Assembly (NCBI GenBank): GCA_944363705.1
Contig: CALVUY010000003.1
Span: 1 to 43,275 of the forward strand
DNA: 43,275 nucleotides
From: an uncultured Bacilli bacterium
GTDB taxonomy: Bacteria > Bacillota_I > Bacilli_A > RF39 > UBA660
Direction: 5' to 3'
Shown piece after piece: positions 1 through 9,714 of this stretch. The notes below the pieces were generated by a model. The model ran no database searches. It had not been told where the DNA came from and worked only from the letters and a program-made list of their open reading frames with translations. Position numbers and translations under genes: made by a program. How positions within the stretch are numbered: the stretch's first letter is position 1; each line of letters opens with the position of its first letter.

Positions 1-105
1 ACTAGTTACCCATACTTTCTTTTGTTTCTTTTTATAACCTAAGATAAATAAAGCGATTAAAGCAATATAAAGAATCGCAAATAAAACTATCATACCAATT
101 CTCAT
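1..105 (-). CDS. Partial membrane protein running off the left edge (MRIGMIVLFAILYIALIALFILGYKKKQKKVWVTS...)
   Basis: Manual translation. ATG at 105 preceded by an AGAAGGTG RBS, a hydrophobic helix then a Lys cluster, no stop before position 1. Confidence 0.6.
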   Translation of the reverse strand, partial: MRIGMIVLFAILYIALIALFILGYKKKQKKVWVTS

Positions 106-210
106 AAATAACACCTTCTATTCTATAAGTATTATATCAATGTTTTTATAGAGATACAATTGCTAAAATTCATTTAAAACAATTTTGTTTTTTTAATGTA
201 CCTAAAGATA

Positions 211-687
211 TTACATAATTTTCTTTTGATAATAAACTGAATATTCTAATAAATTATGCTTATTATAAAAAGAAACTGCTGGTGTATTTTTGGGAAAAGC
301 CAATACTCTAATATATTTAGCATTTTGCTTTGCTACTTCATCTTGAAATGCTAAAAACAACAAATCTCCGATACCTTTTCTGCGATATTTTTTATCAACA
401 CAAATATGATTAAGAAAAGCAACTTTATCATAATATACTATGGAAGGTTCCATTACTTCTCCATCAATAAAACCCACTACTTGATTATTATTTTCTTCAC
501 AAACTAACAAGATATAGTTTTCATCCTTAATTTGTTTTTTTATTTTTTCCTTGCCTTCATCAGTATCAAAGGCATGAGGTTTTAAATTAGAATCAAAAGA
601 TATTTCAGTATCTTCAATTTGTAGATGCAAATCCAAAAGGTCTTCAAAATCATTAATATTTGCTTTTCTAATAATCATAATTTTCAT
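211..687 (-). CDS. GNAT family N-acetyltransferase
   Basis: Motif A (ICVDKKYRRKGIG) and motif B (NTPAVSFYNKH). Confidence 0.9.
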   Translation of the reverse strand: MKIMIIRKANINDFEDLLDLHLQIEDTEISFDSNLKPHAFDTDEGKEKIKKQIKDENYILLVCEENNNQVVGFIDGEVMEPSIVYYDKVAFLNHICVDKKYRRKGIGDLLFLAFQDEVAKQNAKYIRVLAFPKNTPAVSFYNKHNLLEYSVYYQKKIM

Positions 688-722
688 CTCCTTATTATAT
701 TAATGTTATAGTTTGTGCATTT

Positions 723-761
723 ATTTTACATTTTGGCTCATTTTCATTTTACATTTTGGCT
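723..761. repeat. 16-bp direct repeat ATTTTACATTTTGGCT x2, period 23 bp
   Basis: Exact copies at 723-738 and 746-761 between the VOC and GNAT genes. Confidence 0.8.
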
Positions 762-798
762 GGTTTTTATTTTTTATATTTTAATTGTATTTTTCTTT

Positions 799-1185
799 CT
801 AATTATTAAATCGTAATAAATAACCATCAGGGTCCTTTACTAAAAACTCTTTATCTAAATAAGTTTTACCATTAACATCATATTCATTTATCATTATATC
901 TTTAAAGAAGATTATATTTTTATTAACTAAATCTTGATAATAGTTATCTATATCACTTACAGTCATACTTATATTAATGCCTCTACCAAAAGGATACTCT
1001 AACTTACCTGTATTCCAGTTATCATTAATTTCTTCTATCATTAATTGATTACCTTCTAGTTCTAGAAAGGCAAACTTATCTTCTTTTCTTTCATACATTA
1101 TTTTAAATCCTAGATTAAGGTAAAACTCTTTACTTTTATCTATATTAGTTACACTTAATTCTGGTATTAATTTGTTAAATTTCAT
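799..1185 (-). CDS. VOC/glyoxalase/bleomycin-resistance family protein
   Basis: LIPELSV..S..FY..LGF N-terminus and EFLVKDPDGYLLRF C-terminus. Confidence 0.9.
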   Translation of the reverse strand: MKFNKLIPELSVTNIDKSKEFYLNLGFKIMYERKEDKFAFLELEGNQLMIEEINDNWNTGKLEYPFGRGINISMTVSDIDNYYQDLVNKNIIFFKDIMINEYDVNGKTYLDKEFLVKDPDGYLLRFNN

Positions 1186-1284
1186 AATAATTTCCTTTCT
1201 TTGTTACAATTATATCATTTCCTAGACTATAATAATAACTTATTTTCTTATTAAGAATAAACTATATTGGAAAGGAGAATTGCT

Positions 1285-1795
<511 letters not shown>

Positions 1796-1801
1796 ACTAT
1801 A

Positions 1802-3091
1802 TTATTTGTTTTCTAATTGTTCAAGTATTTCAAAAGTGTTTTCTTGTTTATACTTAATAAATTTATCATCATTTTTAATATTTTCAATTAAAAGCTTTAT
1901 TTCCTCACTATTAGTCCTATATAAATAATAGTATTTTTTATCTCCGATTTTCAAGTTACCATATTTATCAATAGTATAACAATCTTTATAATTTTTTATA
2001 TTATTAAATTCTTCTTCTGTATAAATATACTGATAATTATTTTTCCCTTTATTTATATTTTCTAAATCTTTATATGTAACCTTGTAATCTTTAATTATTT
2101 TTTTAAATACTTGATAAATATATTCAGAATTATTGTATCTTTTGTTATCTATTCTATTTATTTCATTTCCTCTTTTTACATAATTATTAATAAAACTTGT
2201 ATCTTTGTCCTTAAAAAACGAATCATTTTTACTATTTAAATATTTAATATTAGAAAAAAATACTCTTATAATTTCTTTATGCCATTCATTATTACTAGAA
2301 CTATTATATATTTCTTGTATATAATAATTTAAATCATCTTTTAAATTATCTTCTATTTTTTTAAATAAATTACGAGTTAACTTAGCACTTTCTTCTGTAA
2401 CTGGAATATTATATATACCATCACGATATAAAATATTAAAAGTTATTAGATAATCTTCTATTTTAAGAGGAACTTTTCTTGTATTTTTAGATGAAAGTTC
2501 TGAATATAAGTTATCTATTAAATCTTGATATGAATAAAGTTCATATGTATTCTTACAACTACAGTCTTTACCTTTTTTTCCATCAAGAGTTAAATATATG
2601 TATATTTTTCTATATTTTTTTAATTCTTTATTACCTTCTAATTTTTCATAATATGTTTTCGTTTGGTTAGAATGTTCAGGGCTTTCAAGTTTCGCTTCTA
2701 TAAGAATAATAAAATATTTTTTTATATTTCCTTGTTTTATACCAAAAGTAATATATAAATCTGGAATATATTTGCCTATTTTTTTCCTAATATCTGGTTC
2801 TGAAAAATCAATAATATCATAATCTTCAGATAAATTAATACCTTCAAAATAATCTTCATTATTTTTTTTATCTTGCCTTTGATTTTCTTTTATAAACTTT
2901 AATAATTGTTTCATTGATTTAAGACCATATCCATAAATGTTATCTTTCTTTAATAGGGATGCCAAAAAGTTAGTATGAATATCTTCATAACGAAACAATC
3001 CTATCTGTTCTATAATACCAATGTCTAAATAGTAATTATAAAAGTCTTTCCATTCTTTGCTTTCTAATATTTCTAATACTTTATTATCCAT
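1802..3091 (-). CDS. PD-(D/E)XK nuclease family protein (PDDEXK_4-like)
   Basis: EDIHTNFLASLL, PDLYI and IILIEAK..E...Q...Y motifs. Confidence 0.75.
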   Translation of the reverse strand: MDNKVLEILESKEWKDFYNYYLDIGIIEQIGLFRYEDIHTNFLASLLKKDNIYGYGLKSMKQLLKFIKENQRQDKKNNEDYFEGINLSEDYDIIDFSEPDIRKKIGKYIPDLYITFGIKQGNIKKYFIILIEAKLESPEHSNQTKTYYEKLEGNKELKKYRKIYIYLTLDGKKGKDCSCKNTYELYSYQDLIDNLYSELSSKNTRKVPLKIEDYLITFNILYRDGIYNIPVTEESAKLTRNLFKKIEDNLKDDLNYYIQEIYNSSSNNEWHKEIIRVFFSNIKYLNSKNDSFFKDKDTSFINNYVKRGNEINRIDNKRYNNSEYIYQVFKKIIKDYKVTYKDLENINKGKNNYQYIYTEEEFNNIKNYKDCYTIDKYGNLKIGDKKYYYLYRTNSEEIKLLIENIKNDDKFIKYKQENTFEILEQLENK

Positions 3092-3165
3092 ATCTATACC
3101 TCCGCCAATATTATAAGATATTTTGTTTTTTTTAACAATATAGAAAAAGAACAGCTTAAGCTGTA

Positions 3166-3612
3166 CTAATTGAGAAGAAATATACCAATATTAAGGTAAG
3201 TTGCAAATAATAACCATATTAGATAAGGGATTTGTAAACAACCACTAATCTTATTATTTTTCAATAATTCTTTAATCATAATTATAACTAATATTATTAA
3301 TAAAATTATCCAAAAGAAAGCGGTAAAGTACATTTTTAAAACAAAGAATATTATAGGCCAAAATAAATTTACAAAGAGTTGTAATAAATAGATTTGATTT
3401 AAGTCTTTATCATTTTCTTTGTCTTTGGTCGCAATAAAGTAAGATACTCCCATTAAAATATAAAGTATTGTCCAAACAATAGGAAATATATATGATGGAG
3501 GGCTAAGTGGAGGCTTTACCATATCCCCGTAATTCATATAACCTGATATAATTAAACCTACTAATGATCCTCCTACTATTGGTAATAAACTATAAATTAT
3601 TCTTTTTATCAT
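3166..3612 (-). CDS. tspO: TspO/MBR tryptophan-rich sensory protein
   Basis: KPPLSPP..IFPIVWTILY.LMG and PYLIWL.FATYLN motifs with five hydrophobic segments. Confidence 0.92.
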   Translation of the reverse strand: MIKRIIYSLLPIVGGSLVGLIISGYMNYGDMVKPPLSPPSYIFPIVWTILYILMGVSYFIATKDKENDKDLNQIYLLQLFVNLFWPIIFFVLKMYFTAFFWIILLIILVIIMIKELLKNNKISGCLQIPYLIWLLFATYLNIGIFLLN

Positions 3613-3646
3613 AAAGTCCTCCTTAATATATTTATATGCAACTATT

Positions 3647-3673
3647 ACTTTTTAATAAGTTTTTCATAAAATA
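3647..3673 (+). promoter_or_regulatory. Candidate sigK-type promoter of the glycosyltransferase
   Basis: AC-N16-CATAaaaTA just upstream of a GAGGTG RBS. The AT-rich context weakens the match. Confidence 0.4.
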
Positions 3674-3688
3674 TATAGAGGTGTATTT

Positions 3689-4780
3689 ATGAGTAAATAT
3701 AAAGTATGTGTTTATACTATATGTCTAAATGAAGAGAAATTTGTTGATAGATGGTATGAATCTATGAAGGAAGCTGATGAGATTTATGTTCTTGATACAG
3801 GTTCTACTGATAATACGGTAGAAAAACTAAAAGAAAAAGGGGTTCATGTAGAGGTTAAAAAAATAGAGCCTTGGAGATTTGATGTAGCAAGGAACGAGTC
3901 TTTAAAATTAGTGCCAGTTGATACTGATATTTGTGTATGTACTGATTTAGATGAAGTATTTTTACCCGGTTGGAGAGATGAGTTAGAGAAAGCTTGGCAT
4001 GATAATACTACAAGACTTAGATATATTTATAACTGGTATTTAGATGAAAACAATAATCCTATAATAAGTTTTTATTATGAGAAGATTCATAAAAGATTAG
4101 GTTATTCTTGGTATCATCCAGTTCATGAAATATTAAAGTATGATGGTGTTGAAACTTTTAATGTTACTGAAAATATTATTTTAAATCATTATCCTGATAG
4201 AACTAAGTCTAGAAGTAGTTATCTTCCTTTACTTGAAATCTCCGTTAAAGAAGATCCTAATGATGATAGAAATATGCATTACTTAGGTCGTGAATATATG
4301 TATTATGGTAAATATAACGAAGCGATTGATACTTTGATTAAGCATTTAAATTTAGAAAATGCTACTTGGAAAGATGAGCGATGTGCTTCTATGAGATTTA
4401 TTGGTAGATGTTATAAGTACTTAAAAAGATATGATGAAGCGAAAATGTGGCTAGAGAAAGCAATTAAAGAAGCGCCATACTTAAGAGATCCTTATATGGA
4501 AATGGCTTTACTTTATTATGAATTAGATGATTATGATAATACCATTCATTATGTTAATCTTGCTTTAAATATTAAAAGTCATACTAAGAGCTATATAAAT
4601 GAGACATTTAGTTTTGGTTATACTCCATATGATTTATTAAGTATTTCATACTATAATAAAGGAGAAATAGAGGCTAGTAAAGTATTCTTAGAGAAAGCAA
4701 TAAAGATAGAGCCAAATGATGAGAGGCTTAATAATAACTTAAAGATAATTAATGAGAAATTAAAAGAAACTACTGAGTAA
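3689..4780 (+). CDS. GT2 glycosyltransferase with C-terminal TPR repeats
   Basis: ICLNEE, DTGSTD, FDVARN, DxD (DLDE) and VHE motifs, followed by helical TPR-like repeats. Confidence 0.9.
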   Translation: MSKYKVCVYTICLNEEKFVDRWYESMKEADEIYVLDTGSTDNTVEKLKEKGVHVEVKKIEPWRFDVARNESLKLVPVDTDICVCTDLDEVFLPGWRDELEKAWHDNTTRLRYIYNWYLDENNNPIISFYYEKIHKRLGYSWYHPVHEILKYDGVETFNVTENIILNHYPDRTKSRSSYLPLLEISVKEDPNDDRNMHYLGREYMYYGKYNEAIDTLIKHLNLENATWKDERCASMRFIGRCYKYLKRYDEAKMWLEKAIKEAPYLRDPYMEMALLYYELDDYDNTIHYVNLALNIKSHTKSYINETFSFGYTPYDLLSISYYNKGEIEASKVFLEKAIKIEPNDERLNNNLKIINEKLKETTE

Positions 4781-4793
4781 ATTTTCAGTAGTT

Positions 4794-5558
4794 TTAATCT
4801 ATGAAGTCAAAACCTTTTATTTTTACCTTACTTCTTCTATATTTATCACGTTTTTCTAAAGGTACAGTTTTACAGATTGACTCAAGTTCCATTTTTAATC
4901 TTAATTCTTTATCAGAAATCATATAATCTGGTAAAGACCAATTAACATACTTACCTTGTTTTTCATCATAGACTTGTTTAGGAATTTGATATATCTTATA
5001 GTCATGTAAAATATAATCATAGAAGGTCTCATAGATATTAAATTTTGATGTAGTAATCGTTCTATAAAGTGTACTTTCAACAGAATCATAATTACAAGCC
5101 ATTACTAAAATATCTTTTAAAAATCTATCTCTTCCTATAAAGTTTTCTGTTTCTTTTTTTATGCCTGTAGCATAAGACAAATCAACATATTCATTTATGT
5201 CATCCCAAATAGTATATTTACTTTTATAAACATTGATTAAATATTTTACTAAAGCTAAACGCATTTTTTGTTCTTTGGGATTAACATCATATTCTCTTGT
5301 ACATAAAACATGTTCCCAATCTATTAAATTTTGTAATATCTCATCTTTAGTAAAGTATCTTAATTCATCTTCATCTGGATTAGTATAACTCATGAAAAAT
5401 GGAAGAACGAATCCACCTGCGTGAGCAACTCTTGCATAACCATCGACATCAAAAAGTGTTCCTTCAGGGGTAATATAAGTTCCATCATTCCACCACTTTT
5501 TATCATTTTTATCTCTTTTTCCAAATCTTTCAACATAGTTATCATAATAATAAGTCAT
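4794..5558 (-). CDS. Hypothetical protein
   Basis: 254-aa ORF with a GGAGG RBS. No family recognised. Confidence 0.75.
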   Translation of the reverse strand: MTYYYDNYVERFGKRDKNDKKWWNDGTYITPEGTLFDVDGYARVAHAGGFVLPFFMSYTNPDEDELRYFTKDEILQNLIDWEHVLCTREYDVNPKEQKMRLALVKYLINVYKSKYTIWDDINEYVDLSYATGIKKETENFIGRDRFLKDILVMACNYDSVESTLYRTITTSKFNIYETFYDYILHDYKIYQIPKQVYDEKQGKYVNWSLPDYMISDKELRLKMELESICKTVPLEKRDKYRRSKVKIKGFDFID

Positions 5559-5675
5559 AGATATTCCTCCAATTAATAAATTAGTTTTATAATATCACAT
5601 TTTTATATGTTTCACACTAATTTATTTGCTATTTCCCCATCTTTTCATTATAATAACTAGCATGGAGGAAAGAAT

Positions 5676-6467
5676 ATGAAAGAAAAAGAAGCTTTAGGTA
5701 TTAATGATTATGACTTTATTTATTATGAACTTAGTCCAGAACAGCAACCTATTGAAGAGGTAATTAAAACAAGTGAATTTATTGAAAATGACTTTGCTAA
5801 TTATCTAAAGGAAAATTATCCTAATTATTATAGTAAAAACATAAGAATTAAGTTTATAAACTGGGGACATATGGAAGTTGTTTATGTCTTAGATAATGGG
5901 CATAAAAAATATACTTTATTAATGGGACAACCTAATTTAGAATATGGTAAAGTAAAGAGTGAATATGACAACTTAAAAATCCTTAGTAAAAATAATGATG
6001 ATGTAGTTAGTCCCCTACTTTATTATGGTAGTCCTAAGTATAATAGAGAAATTTATATGACTCCTTACTATTATCAAGCTAGATGTATAAGTTATTTAGA
6101 TGAAAAGTTAGGTATTTATGTACCTGAACCTGATTATCACTTTGAAGAGTTTAAGGAAGATGATAAAGATGTTATTGAAGAAGTTATTACTGCTAAGATA
6201 ATATCTTTATATAATCAAAATACTCATATTGGGCTTGATGAATTTAATGTTAGTAGTGGTGACTTTATTTTAGAAAAAGGATTTGAAGATAGTAAAAATA
6301 ATGCTAGTAAGCTCTTTGAAGAAATGAAAGTAATTGCAGCAAGAAAACTAGTTAATATGTCATTAGATGATTATATAGATTTAATTTATAAAAGACTTGA
6401 GATGTTTAATAGTAAAAACATTGATAAAGGTATAGATTTAGGTTTTAGCAAAGTAAAAAATAAATAA
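5676..6467 (+). CDS. Hypothetical protein, possibly a degenerate kinase-like (APH/PKL) fold
   Basis: GGAGG RBS. INWG....VY.L, EYDNLKIL and NVSSGDFIL resemble kinase-like motifs. Confidence 0.6.
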   Translation: MKEKEALGINDYDFIYYELSPEQQPIEEVIKTSEFIENDFANYLKENYPNYYSKNIRIKFINWGHMEVVYVLDNGHKKYTLLMGQPNLEYGKVKSEYDNLKILSKNNDDVVSPLLYYGSPKYNREIYMTPYYYQARCISYLDEKLGIYVPEPDYHFEEFKEDDKDVIEEVITAKIISLYNQNTHIGLDEFNVSSGDFILEKGFEDSKNNASKLFEEMKVIAARKLVNMSLDDYIDLIYKRLEMFNSKNIDKGIDLGFSKVKNK

Positions 6468-6519
6468 ATATTATGAGATTTAACGTTATAATAAGTTGCT
6501 TATAAAGTACGACATAAAT

Positions 6520-6548
6520 TTGACAAAATAATGTAGATATGTTATAAT
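6520..6548 (+). promoter_or_regulatory. Consensus sigA promoter with extended -10
   Basis: TTGACA(6520-6525)-N17-TATAAT(6543-6548) with TGn. Confidence 0.9.
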
Positions 6549-6581
6549 ATGGCTACATTAAATTTAAAGGGGGGTAATATT

Positions 6582-7457
6582 ATGGCTCATATAACTAATG
6601 TTAATATTAATACCGATAAAATAGATAGAGATAGGAGAATACTTTCTCTTAGTGATTTTCATTTAACAGAGGATAAAGGATTTGAACACTTAAAAGAAAT
6701 AAAAAGTAAAACTGATATGACAAAAATATCACATATTGTAATGCCTGGGGATATTATCAATGATGTTAATGAACTAAAAGATAATAAATTTAGAAATAAA
6801 GTGTTACAAGCATTATCAGATTTTGCTGATGATAAACACGTATTTTTAAGTGCTGGTAATCACGATCAAATGACACTTAATAATAAAGAATGGCAAAGAG
6901 GAGATTATTCTTTGCTACAAGAAACTATTGAAGAATTGCCTAAGTTTCATTTATTGGAAAATGGTGAAAGAATAACAGTTAATGATATTACATATAGTGC
7001 TTTTTCTCCTGATTATTCATATTATGAAGATGAAGATAAAGAAAGAAAAGATTTAGAGGCTGAAAGTGATTATGAAGAAGCATTTATGAAAAATTATAAT
7101 GCTAATCTATTTGATAATAATACATTTAATATTTTATTAACACATGAACCTCAATCTATTATTAAGCTTAGTACAAAAAAAGGTAGCTGTATCCAAGATA
7201 ATACTGATTTAGTTTTATCTGGACACATGCATGATGGAATGTTACCACACTTTTTTAAGAGATTCTGTGGTAACATAGGTATTATTTCACCTCAGATGCA
7301 ATTGTTACCAAAATATGCACATGGAACTGTAGAGGTTGGTGATACAACTTTCGTTATTAATGGTCCTGTTAATGCTAGAGTTGAAAGTGCTTTAATTAAT
7401 GAAATTTATGGTTCTAATGCAACTGTTGTAGATTTAGTAAAGACTAAAAGACGATAG
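6582..7457 (+). CDS. Calcineurin-like metallophosphoesterase
   Basis: SDFH, GD, GNHD, THEP and SGHMH motifs. Start moved to ATG 6582 (AAGGGGGGT RBS) because the track start 6549 abuts the -10 box. Confidence 0.9.
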   Translation: MAHITNVNINTDKIDRDRRILSLSDFHLTEDKGFEHLKEIKSKTDMTKISHIVMPGDIINDVNELKDNKFRNKVLQALSDFADDKHVFLSAGNHDQMTLNNKEWQRGDYSLLQETIEELPKFHLLENGERITVNDITYSAFSPDYSYYEDEDKERKDLEAESDYEEAFMKNYNANLFDNNTFNILLTHEPQSIIKLSTKKGSCIQDNTDLVLSGHMHDGMLPHFFKRFCGNIGIISPQMQLLPKYAHGTVEVGDTTFVINGPVNARVESALINEIYGSNATVVDLVKTKRR

Positions 7458-7461
7458 AACT

Positions 7462-7497
7462 AAAAGACTATTGCAAAACTTTTACAATAGTCTTTTT
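7462..7497. terminator. Bidirectional intrinsic terminator
   Basis: AAAAGACTATTG...CAATAGTCTTTT between convergent genes. Confidence 0.85.
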
Positions 7498-7498
7498 A

Positions 7499-8362
7499 TT
7501 ATGCTTTAGTTCTTTCTACGCTTTTTAAATAATAAAATCCATCTTCATTAAGAGTATAAGTATATGTGTATTGCTCTAATTTATCTTTATTATCTTCTAT
7601 ATACTTATTATAAGTATTTTCTCTTTCTTCACTGTTATTAGTTGTATTTTCATTAATAAGTAGTTCTCCTAAAGAAGTAGTTTTATTATAATCTTTATAC
7701 ATCTGTTGACTCATACCATCTAAATAGACTGTAGCACTTACTATTTCTATTCTATCATTATATTTCGTAGCACTTATTATTTTTTCATGTACACTAAAAG
7801 CAGTAGTACCTCCACAACCTGTTTCACCTGTGTAAGAATATCTTTTATTAGCAGTATCATAAGTTAAAGTCATACATAATCCATCTGTTATTTGATTAAC
7901 TTGATGATAAGTATTTGGTCCAAATGTTCTTTCATAAATATCTTTTAAAGTATCCTCATCTAAATAGTAAGTAGTTGTAAGATTAGGACTCGTACCTGTA
8001 GAATAATGTTCTACTAAAGGTGACCATTGTCTTGCTAATAAAATCATTTTATCTTCTTCACTCATATCACTTACTTTATAACCACCATCTCTATAAATTT
8101 GGGCTTCTGGTCCAATAGATAGACGATGGGCATTATTAAATAAGTATTTAATGTTTGAATTTTCAGGGTCAAGCTCTACTCCTGTATTTTTTTCTTCAGT
8201 ATCATCACTAGGATTATTTTCTTCTACTTGTTCATTTTCTACAGTAGTGTTATTTAGTTTAATGATATCTTTATCAACTAGGATATAAAATACTAAGCCT
8301 ATAATACATAATATTAATAAGACTATTAAAACTATTACCCCTTTGTTTTTCTTTTTCTCCAT
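7499..8362 (-). CDS. N-terminally membrane-anchored extracellular hypothetical protein
   Basis: Basic N-terminus, one TM helix, acidic linker, Cys pair (GLC...GCGG). Confidence 0.8.
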   Translation of the reverse strand: MEKKKNKGVIVLIVLLILCIIGLVFYILVDKDIIKLNNTTVENEQVEENNPSDDTEEKNTGVELDPENSNIKYLFNNAHRLSIGPEAQIYRDGGYKVSDMSEEDKMILLARQWSPLVEHYSTGTSPNLTTTYYLDEDTLKDIYERTFGPNTYHQVNQITDGLCMTLTYDTANKRYSYTGETGCGGTTAFSVHEKIISATKYNDRIEIVSATVYLDGMSQQMYKDYNKTTSLGELLINENTTNNSEERENTYNKYIEDNKDKLEQYTYTYTLNEDGFYYLKSVERTKA

Positions 8363-8446
8363 AATTAATTCACTCTCCTACTTTTATATTAACACAATTT
8401 TTATAATAACAGTTATATAAACAAGTATTTTTATGTAAATAAATGT

Positions 8447-8477
8447 AAAAAACTGCACTAGGAGTCTAGCACAGTTT
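8447..8477 (-). terminator. Intrinsic terminator after the ddl-like gene
   Basis: AAACTGTGCTAG-actc-CTAGTGCAGTTT followed by a U-tract on the minus strand. Confidence 0.8.
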
Positions 8478-8481
8478 ATTT

Positions 8482-9702
8482 TTATTTGTTTTGTAGTTTA
8501 CCTTTCATTCCTTTTAAACCATTATGAGCGAATCCTTGTAAAATATTTGTATTAAAGGAATGAGTTTTACTCTCGCGTTTTTTATAATCTTTAATAGCAA
8601 TACTAACCATATCATCTAATAGTTCAGTATAATCTTTTCCTTTAGGATCCCATAAATAGAAGGCAAGGGAACCTGGTATTGAGTTAATCTCATTAACATA
8701 AACTTTTTTAGCTTTACTATCAATTAACATATCAATACGGGCATCTCCACTACTTCCTAAAGCTCTAAATACTTTGACAGCAAGTTCTTCTACTTCTTTA
8801 GTCATTTTATCGGTAAGGTCTGCAGGTATTTTTCTATCGGCAGAAGCCATTCCTTTAGAACCTTTTAGTGGAGTTACTTTAGCACCAAGTTTTCCTTTAA
8901 CTTTACCACTACCAACATATTTTTCATCATATGTTAAGAAAGCACTCTTTGATAATACTTCTTCTATAACACTTGTCTCTTGGTTTTCATAATTACCTAA
9001 AACAGAAATATTTACTTCCATTAAATTTTTAACTACTTCTTCTACTACTATCTTACTATCATAGTTAATAGCTTCTTCAATGGCTTTAACTAACTCATCT
9101 TTATTATTTGCAACACCTATTCCTACACTACTACCAGTTGTAGCAGGTTTTACAATAACTGGATATTTAATTTTCTCTACCTTTTTAATTACTTCATCAG
9201 GATCATTTTTATAATCTGTATCATAGAACCATGTATATGCTGGAACTGGAATATCATTAGCTTTAAAGATATCTCTCATATATGCTTTATCTTGTGATAC
9301 AACTGCTGAGTAAACATTAGGTCCAACATATGGAATACCTACTGTTTGGAAATATCCTTGTAGTACACCATCTTCTACATTAGTACCATGGGTAATTGGA
9401 AATATTACATCTAAATCTGTAACTATCTTTTTAAATAGTCCCTTACTTTGTAATACAAAGGCTCCATCTTTTTTATATAATACGACATTACTTGCATATT
9501 TCTTAATTAAGTCTAAATCCTGATATACTTCAACATCCATTAACATGTTACCAGTATACCACTCACCATCTTTAGTTATATAGATTGGAATAATATCATA
9601 TTTTTCTTGATTTATTTTATTCATGGCTTGAACTGCTGAAATAATACTTACTTCATGTTCAACGGATTCACCACCGAATACAACTCCTAATTTAATTTTC
9701 AT
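8482..9702 (-). CDS. ddl: D-alanine--D-alanine ligase family ATP-grasp protein
   Basis: FGGESVEHEVS, HG..EDG, VKP...GSSVG, Y..KY and NEINSIPG motifs. Confidence 0.85.
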   Translation of the reverse strand: MKIKLGVVFGGESVEHEVSIISAVQAMNKINQEKYDIIPIYITKDGEWYTGNMLMDVEVYQDLDLIKKYASNVVLYKKDGAFVLQSKGLFKKIVTDLDVIFPITHGTNVEDGVLQGYFQTVGIPYVGPNVYSAVVSQDKAYMRDIFKANDIPVPAYTWFYDTDYKNDPDEVIKKVEKIKYPVIVKPATTGSSVGIGVANNKDELVKAIEEAINYDSKIVVEEVVKNLMEVNISVLGNYENQETSVIEEVLSKSAFLTYDEKYVGSGKVKGKLGAKVTPLKGSKGMASADRKIPADLTDKMTKEVEELAVKVFRALGSSGDARIDMLIDSKAKKVYVNEINSIPGSLAFYLWDPKGKDYTELLDDMVSIAIKDYKKRESKTHSFNTNILQGFAHNGLKGMKGKLQNK

Positions 9703-9714
9703 TTTTTCATCCTC

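Noticed and set aside
8342-8362. Identical N-terminal MEKKKNK in the 287-aa and 615-aa proteins
   Set aside because: A low-complexity basic N-region before a TM helix. The 287-aa gene has no leader, G tract or attenuator upstream.
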